The notes under the pieces: model-generated | Told to the model about the DNA's origin: nothing | The model's database searches: none | What the model saw: the letters and a program-made list of their open reading frames with translations, nothing else | Shown: piece by piece, positions 56,795 to 64,000 of the stretch | How the letters are laid out: each line of letters starts with the position of its first letter | Position numbering within the stretch: position 1 is the first letter of the stretch | Made by a program: the position numbers and the translations under genes | Source of the DNA: Paragordius varius | Lineage: Eukaryota > Animalia > Nematomorpha | Reading direction: 5' to 3' | Length of the DNA: 64,000 bases | Assembly: GCA_964247055.1 (NCBI GenBank) | Contig: OZ176052.1 | Location: 14,355,446 to 14,419,445, forward strand

Positions 56795-58787
56795 TTTGTT
56801 TAGTTATTTTAACTTACGCTTTGTTTGTGTGTTTTCATTGTTTGCAATATTGATATTTTTTATTTGGGCCATCAATGTTTTACTATGTTTTTTAGTACAT
56901 TTCAAACTAATCATCCTTTTTTTTGTTATCGTTTAAAACGGTACTTTTGCAGCCGATAACATGTTAAAATAAAAACAATTATATTTTTTTATAATCATGT
57001 TTTCATAGTTTGGTATTTTAAAACATATCAAAAAAAATATATTTTGGTGTTATATTCTGCCCACTTTTTCTTCCTTAAAAAACTCTTATATGATGGTGAT
57101 ATGTCAGAAACTTTGAATGAAGTTTTGCCTCAAATATTAAAAATTGTTTGATGTTAATTTTAAGTTGTTTAGATAGGGTTTTTTAGGCTTATTCAAACCA
57201 ATCAAGGCAAATAGAAACTAAATTATAGGCCAATTAAGATTGTAAATATATGTTAAAATTATTAATTTTAAGGCTGAGTTATCATTTTTTACAAAATAAA
57301 GATCAATCAAAAGGATTATAAAAAACAAAGTTATATTGAGAGATCTATTTAAAATCAAAAAAATGTCAGTGGATTAACGAGTTTAGTAAAGTAAAAATCT
57401 AAACAACAAATATTCATTAATTAAAATAAATGCAAAGAGTGTCAATAACTTTTAAATTTAAATTAGCGTAAAAAGATATTTTTCAAAATTCTAACATTTA
57501 TTAAATTTATGCTATAAACATATTCTAATATTGTTTTTTAAGCTACTTTTTTAACTTAAGTTGTTAACTTCAAAAATATTTGCAAAAAATATTATTATTT
57601 ATAAAAAGCAAAAAATGATATGTTTAATCATTTATATATTCGTATTAATAACATAACTTTTATAGTTTTTAAAATAGAAAAAATTCCAAACATGGTTAAA
57701 ATTTATATAACCTTGATTTTCTATATTTACAAAAAAATAATTTTTATATTTTATATTTTTTAATATAAATGTCAATTAATTAATGCATAGAAATAATTAC
57801 ACGCTTAAGTTAACATTTAAATTAAAAAAATATCATAATTTATTTATTTGTAAATTGAAATATATAATATTATTGTTAACAATATTTTTTAATAATATAT
57901 TATTTATTTTGAGCACAATCTGTAAAAATATATATACGTCAAATTTTTTTTATTTAACATTGTTTTTAACAATATAGTTCTCGTTTTTGTTAATTTAAAC
58001 TGTTAATAATTATTTGTTTTGCGTTTTGCCTGTTTTATCTAGATATTTCATTAAAAAAAATAAATAATCATTTATTATTTTTAAATAAAAAATGTTTGTT
58101 AAAAACAAATACTATAATTTTTTAATAATTACTCTCAAAAAGTAATTAAATATCAAAATGATTATATTGATGTATATCATTATCTGATAAAATATTTATA
58201 GCAATAGAAGAGCTTATTCAATTCATGATCTACATATTTTCGATTTATTTAACAGGCTTTATACGTTTTATCCTACTTTTTTTTCCATTTTGTGAGTTAT
58301 CAAAATCATTAAATTAACGTAACTAATAATATAATTTAATTATTTCAGTAAACCTAATAGAAAATGCTATTTAATTAATACACATAATTATTTATTAATT
58401 TTAGGTCACACTTTACAACTAAATAGAATTATTATAGAAATAAATAAATATGGTTTGTACTCCATACCAACTATAATAAAAATATTTTAACCGCAAACAC
58501 GTGGTGCGTTCGCTAAGAACTAATTTATATAAAAAATTTTAGTGAACTATGTTTTAATAAAGTTAAATTCATGTACATTATTTATAAAGTGACAACATAT
58601 TACAATAGCATATGTTAGTCCATAAAAAATAAAAAAATATCTTTTTTAAAATTAGATAAGAATATTATTTTTTTAAAAAAACATGTTTCTGATCTTTATA
58701 AACCAAAAATGTTTTATGCTATACAAAAAAATGTTGTTTTATTTAGGTAAATATTTTAGCAATTAAAATATAAAAACATATCTTATA

Positions 58788-58881
58788 AATGGCACTATCA
58801 TAGATGTTTTACCATAAAGAAAGTATTATGAAACAATGGCACTATCAAAGATGTTTTACCATAAAGAAAGTATTATGAAAC
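58788..58881. repeat. 47-bp tandem duplication, 2 copies with 1 mismatch
   Basis: AATGGCACTATCA(T/A)AGATGTTTTACCATAAAGAAAGTATTATGAAAC at 58788 and 58835. Confidence 0.95.
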
Positions 58882-59222
58882 AAAATAATTTTTTATAATT
58901 AAACTACAGTTTAATACAAATTCTAATTTAGTTTTAGATGCGATTATAATTTAAAATAATAAATTTACTAAAAGAATTATTTTAATAATAATTAATTTTT
59001 GTATTCGTTAAACCTAGATAAAAGAATAGTTTTATGTTAACGCTTAGTCTTGTTTTAGGTCGATTAGATATTATTTTATCACAATTTATAATCAATATAA
59101 TTGATATAATTTTTATTAACAACATCTTGCACATAAATTATTATTATTTTTATTTATTTAATTAGAAAAAATGATCAATACCAGATTTATTCATTATAAT
59201 AAACAATATACAAATTTTTTTA

Positions 59223-59646
59223 TAATACTTTAATTGTAACACGTAATTACTGTGTTCTAATTCAAATATATAATAGGATATAAAAGACTTACATTAAAAA
59301 CATAATAATAAATTCCAAATTCTCAATAATTTGATTATATATAATTCACGCTGTAGGTGAATGCGAAATATTTATCGGTTTTATGTAACAACCTATTAAT
59401 AAAATTGATATAAAAATATTTATTTTTTTCAATATTAAAAAAAATAATCACTACCATATTTATTTATTATAATAATTATAGTAATATGCAAAATTTAGTT
59501 TAATACTTTTATTGTAACACGTAATTTTACTCCAATATAAATAAATAATTTTATATAACATAGTCTTTTATTAAAAACATATTATAAAATGTAAAATTTA
59601 AATTTAAAATATTTAAATTACATGCTGTAGTTGAATGCAAAATATT
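59223..59646. repeat. Degenerate direct repeat with ~276-bp period, 2 copies
   Basis: ATTGTAACACGTAATT at 59233 and 59511; GCTGTAG(G/T)TGAATGC at 59350 and 59624. Confidence 0.8.
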
Positions 59647-59949
59647 AATTAAGAAAGTTTATTAAATGATATTTAAAAAAACTGACTTTAATGGCTTGAA
59701 ATTATCATTATTTATGCAATTCAACAAATATTAAATTTCAAACATATTTCTATAAGATCAAACTTTTTTATTATTCTTTTCTGTTCATTTGCCTTTTGGA
59801 AAGACTTATTAATAAATTTTGTTAAATTACATATTTGTACGTTACTGATAAAGATTAATCACGCATCAAATTTTAGCGGCAATTAAACAATCTATAGCTT
59901 AATACAATAACAAACTATGATGTTATAAAAAATATAAATAACAAAATTA

Positions 59950-61300
59950 TAACATAAAAAACGCATAAGACAAAATAAGTAAACATCGGTAGAGACAAAT
60001 ATATAAACACATATATAGCCTAATGCATAATGACCACGTATAATAAACTATGAAAATTACATTCCTTTATCTTTAACATGTTATAAAGCTGCGTACGTAC
60101 TGTTTAAAACAATGATGAGAAATAAACGTTTTAAAATGTTGTAAAAAACCTGGTAAAACATTCATGTTTCTAATGCAAAATATCAATTGTGCAAACAAAG
60201 TCAACAGACAAAAAACGCATTAGAAATATAACGTAAGCATCAGGATACTATTTTAAAATATCATAATTATTTAGATGAGCTAAGATTCTTACTAGAATAT
60301 TATATTAATTATTTAAAAAGCCTGTACCATTAAACACAGAAAAATATATATTTTTATACTTTTGATAGAAACAGATTAGTCATGCATCAATTAAGCGTAA
60401 AATATAAAAACACATATATAGTGTAATGCATAATACCCCAAACAGTTAAACTAAAAAAATCACATAATTGTCAACAAAAATAGAATAATTATCTTTTGTA
60501 TTTAACATGTTATCCAGCTGCGAAAGTTCCAATTAAAACTATTATCAAAAAATAAAAATTGCTTTAAAATGTAAAAAAACATTAATGGTCCAATTTAAAT
60601 ATCGATGTTGCAAAAAAAATCAACACACAAATAACGCAGAAGATAAAATAAAAACATTAATTCACTGATATATCGAAATTAGGGGCGGCAAGATTCATAC
60701 TAGCTTAATATCCCAATCACATAATTGTCAACAAAAATAGAATAATTATCTTTCGTATTTATGATGCCAGCTGCCAAACTTATAACCCAAAAGGTAAAAC
60801 AAGTAAAGATGAATGCACTAATATATCAAAATATTATTTATATGCGGCAAGATTCATACTAGATTATTATAATTATTAATAAATAGCCTGTATAATAAAA
60901 CACAGAAAAAAAAATATATTTTTATAATTTTGATACTATTAAAATTAATCATACTCACATCTATAGCGTACATATTGGATCAAAATACCAAACTATGAAA
61001 ACATGATTATAAAAAAATTATAATAGTTTTTATCTCTAACATGTTATCGGCTGCAAAAGTACCGTTTTAAACGATAACGAGAAAAGTATGATTAGTTTAT
61101 GTACTAAAAAACATAGTAAAACATTGATGGCCCTAATAAAAAATATCAATATTGCTAACAATTTAAACACACAAATAAAGCGTAAGTTAAAATAACTAAA
61201 CAAACATTATATTGATATTTGTAAAAATCATAATTATTAAGGAGTGCTAAGATTTATACTAGGTTATCATATTAATTATTACAATAAAACACATAAAAAA
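59950..61300. repeat. Old, diverged tandem array with ~400-500-bp unit (~3 copies plus a partial internal duplication)
   Basis: Recurring motifs: TAACATGTTAT...GCTGC near 60074, 60503 and 61037; AGATT(C/T)(A/T)TACTAG near 60283, 60691, 60850 and 61250; AAACACATATATAG near 60005 and 60408. An exact 39-bp copy AATCACATAATTGTCAACAAAAATAGAATAATTATCTTT lies at 60458 and 60715. Confidence 0.78.
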
Positions 61301-62176
61301 GCATATTTTCAGTTTTTAGATACCATTAAATAATAATTGAAAACTCGTATTAAAAACATTTATTAAAAAGCTTAAACAATTGTATAGTTGGAAATTCTGT
61401 TTATATTAATTTGGGTGTGTAATTGTTAATTTTGTGATTTGTCTGGAAAATATTAATGCCCTACAAAATAGTGTGATTAAAAGTGAATTCCGGTGGAAAT
61501 GTTTAAATATGTTTTTTTATTATCTTCTAACGATTTTTTAAAATACTTCCTCATATCTCTCGTTAGAAGGAATGCAAACAAACTGGCGACTGCTTGGAAG
61601 AGACTGACCACACATAGGATGATTGTTCAAAATGACTGACGACGGATAGGGGAATGCCGAAAAATCACTGACGACGGATAGTATGATTGCTGAAAAATGA
61701 CTGACGACGGATAAGAGGAATGCTTAAAACAAACTGACGACGGATAAGAACAGATTGACGACAGATTGGATGATTGTTGAAAAATGACTGACGACGGATA
61801 GGGAGAATGCAGGAAAACCAACTGACGACGGATAGAAAAGGACGGACAAAAACAGACTGACGACGGATAGGAGGAATGCCGAAAAATGACTGACGACGGA
61901 TAGGATGATTGTTGAAAAATGACTGACGACGGATAGGGGGAATGCAAAAAACCAACTGACGACGGCTAGAAAGTGACGGACAAAAACAGACTGACGACGG
62001 ATAGAATGATTGCTAAAAAATGACTGACGACGAATAGGAGGAATGCCGAAAAATGACTGACGACGGATAGGGGGAATGCAAACCAACTGACGACGGCTAG
62101 AAAGTCACGGACAAAAACAGACTGACGACGGATAGAATGATTGCTGAAAAAATATGCTGAAAACGAACTGACGACG
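60982..62176 (+). repeat. Right arm of the long inverted repeat, lacking the PLE and capped by the telomere
   Basis: Reverse-complement alignment to the left arm by eye, roughly 85-90% identity in the non-tandem part. It is contiguous across the site where the left arm carries the PLE. Confidence 0.95.
61565..62176 (+). repeat. Telomere-adjacent ~33-bp minisatellite (core ACTGACGACGGATAG), right copy (~18 units)
   Basis: Reverse complement of the left array. It shares the diagnostic inner-edge variant units (AAATCACTGACG; CACACATAGGATGATTGTTC). Confidence 0.97.
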
Positions 62177-62179
62177 CCG

Positions 62180-63415
62180 TTAGCGTTAGGGTTAGGGTTA
62201 GGGTTAGGGTTAGGGTTAGGGTTAGGGTTAGGGTTAGGGTTAGGGTTAGGGTTAGGGTTAGGGTTAGGGTTAGGGTTAGGGTTAGGGTTAGGGTTAGGGT
62301 TAGGGTTAGGGTTAGGGTTAGGGTTAGGGTTAGGGTTAGGGTTAGGGTTAGGGTTAGGGTTAGGGTTAGGGTTAGGGTTAGGGTTAGGATTAGGGTTAGG
62401 GTTAGGGTTAGGGTTAGGGTTAGGGTTAGGGTTAGGGTTAGGGTTAGGGTTAGGGTTAGGGTTAGGGTTAGGGTTAGGGTTAGGGTTAGGGTTAGGGTTA
62501 GGGTTAGGGTTAGGGTTAGGGTTAGGGTTAGGGTTAGGGTTAGGGTTAGGGTTAGGGTTAGGGTTAGGGTTAGGGTTAGGGTTAGGGTTAGGGTTAGGGT
62601 TAGGGTTAGGGTTAGGGTTAGGGTTAGGGTTAGGGTTAGGGTTAGGGTTAGGGTTAGGGTTAGGGTTAGGGTTAGGGTTAGGGTTAGGGTTAGGGTTAGG
62701 GTTAGGGTTAGGGTTAGGGTTAGGGTTAGGGTTAGGGTTAGGGTTAGGGTTAGGGTTAGGGTTAGGGTTAGGGTTAGGGTTAGGGTTAGGGTTAGGGTTA
62801 GGGTTAGGGTTAGGGTTAGGGTTAGGGTTAGGGTTAGGGTTAGGGTTAGGGTTAGGGTTAGGGTTAGGGTTAGGGTTAGGGTTAGGGTTAGGGTTAGGGT
62901 TAGGGTTAGGGTTAGGGTTAGGGTTAGGGTTAGGGTTAGGGTTAGGGTTAGGGTTAGGGTTAGGGTTAGGGTTAGGGTTAGGGTTAGGGTTAGGGTTAGG
63001 GTTAGGGTTAGGGTTAGGGTTAGGGTTAGGGTTAGGGTTAGGGTTAGGGTTAGGGTTAGGGTTAGGGTTAGGGTTAGGGTTAGGGTTAGGGTTAGGGTTA
63101 GGGTTAGGGTTAGGGTTAGGGTTAGGGTTAGGGTTAGGGTTAGGGTTAGGGTTAGGGTTAGGGTTAGGGTTAGGGTTAGGGTTAGGGTTAGGGTTAGGGT
63201 TAGGGTTAGGGTTAGGGTTAGGGTTAGGGTTAGGGTTAGGGTTAGGGTTAGGGTTAGGGTTAGGGTTAGGGTTAGGGTTAGGGTTAGGGTTAGGGTTAGG
63301 GTTAGGGTTAGGGTTAGGGTTAGGGTTAGGGTTAGGGTTAGGGTTAGGGTTAGGGTTAGGGTTAGGGTTAGGGTTAGGGTTAGGGTTAGGGTTAGGGTTA
63401 GGGTTAGGGTTAGGG
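62180..63415 (+). repeat. Telomeric repeat tract (TTAGGG)n
   Basis: One TTAGCG at 62180-62185, then 205 in-phase hexamers at 62186-63415, all TTAGGG except one TTAGGA at 62384-62389. The G-rich strand runs 5'->3' toward the window end, as expected at a right chromosome end. Confidence 0.99.
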
Positions 63416-63419
63416 TAGG

Positions 63420-63451
<32 letters not shown>

Positions 63452-64000
63452 ATGGGTAGGGTTAGGGTTAGGGTTAGGGTTAGGGGTAGGGTTAGGGTAG
63501 GGTTAGGGTAGGGTAGGTAGGGTGGGTGGGTAGGGTGAGGGTAGGGGGTGAGGGTGGGGGTGGGGGGGGGGAGGGGTGGGGGGAGGGTGAGGGTAGGGGA
63601 GGGGAGGGGGGGAGGGGAGGGGGGTGGGGTGGGGAGGGTGGGGGAGGGTGAGGGGGAGGGGGTGGGGGAGGGGGAGGGGGAGGGGGAGGGTGTGGGGGAG
63701 GGGGAGGGTGAGGGAGGGGGAGGGTGGGGAGGGGGAGGGGGAGGGGGAGGGGCAGGGTGAGGGGGAGGGGGTGGGGGTGGGGGTGGGGAGGGGGGTGGGG
63801 TAGGGGGAGGGTGAGGGGGTGGGGGAGGGGGAGGGGGAGGGGGTGGGGTGGGGGAGGGGGAGGGGAGGGGTGGGGGTGGGGGTGGGGGTGGGGGAGGGGG
63901 AGGGGGAGGGGGAGGGGGTGGGGGAGGGGGTGGGGGGTGGGGAGGGGGTGGGGGAGGGGTAGGGGTGGGGGATGGGGAGGGGGGGGTGGGGGTGCGTGTC
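63416..64000 (+). other. Progressively degenerate telomeric / G-rich tail, likely a low-quality contig end
   Basis: TTAGGG decays through TAGGG and GGTAGG into GGGGGA, GGGGGT and GGGTGA, often keeping a 6-bp period. Confidence 0.7.

Larger units (their letters stand above)
54018..57019 (-). repeat. Left arm of a long inverted repeat (partner 60982-62176), interrupted by the Penelope-like insertion
   Basis: 55500-55920 is the reverse complement of ~61213-61640 (e.g. ATATGATAACCTAGTATGAATCTTAGCACTCCTTAATAATTATGATT vs AATCATAATTATTAAGGAGTGCTAAGATTTATACTAGGTTATCATAT). 56788-57019 is the reverse complement of 60982-61212 (e.g. GTACTTTTGCAGCCGATAACATGTTA vs TAACATGTTATCGGCTGCAAAAGTAC). Confidence 0.95.

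Noticed and set aside
57101-57151. Peptide MSETLNEVLPQILKIV, reminiscent of a hAT/Buster transposase helix
   Set aside because: Only 16 residues, with no upstream CxxH motif or downstream continuation visible. A tblastx hit to hAT transposases would be needed.
57783-57977. 64-aa ORF rich in I/L/F/K/N
   Set aside because: Composition is that expected from extremely AT-rich non-coding DNA, with no motif.
58490-58520. GC-rich mini-hairpin CGCAAACACGTGGTGCG followed by CTAA, resembling a Helitron 3' end
   Set aside because: Short imperfect stem, atypical spacing to CTRR, and no matching 5' end identified.
62141-63418. 425-aa Leu-Gly repeat ORF
   Set aside because: It is a translation of (TTAGGG)n from a TTG start. 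The nearby ATGs (62137, 62154) hit stops before the tract. RAN translation of TERRA is reported in mammals, but nothing here supports it.
63548-63760. Gly/Glu-rich 70-aa ORF
   Set aside because: Lies in the low-complexity G-rich tail, which is a probable artefact.

Overview
Eukaryotic chromosome end in an AT-rich genome with TTAGGG telomeres; the species cannot be identified from the sequence. No intact protein-coding gene is present. Order on the + strand: (1) 1-54012, a homogeneous 173-bp tandem satellite (~312 monomers, ~26% GC) rich in dyad symmetry, with two monomer classes and multi-monomer block duplications; (2) 54018-62176, an ~8.2-kb cassette bounded by long inverted repeats, each arm made of an outer CpG-rich ~33-bp minisatellite (167-bp pentamer higher-order unit) and a ~0.6-kb AT-rich inner domain; (3) inside the left arm only, an 856-bp 5'-truncated Penelope-like retroelement (GIY-YIG endonuclease remnant, degenerate hammerhead ribozyme motif, AATAATG target-site duplication), with the empty site preserved in the right arm; (4) an AT-rich spacer with old degenerate duplications; (5) 205 TTAGGG hexamers joined almost directly to the conserved core of the right-arm minisatellite; (6) a G-rich degenerate tail, probably a sequencing or consensus artefact. 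Most supplied ORFs are repeat artefacts.
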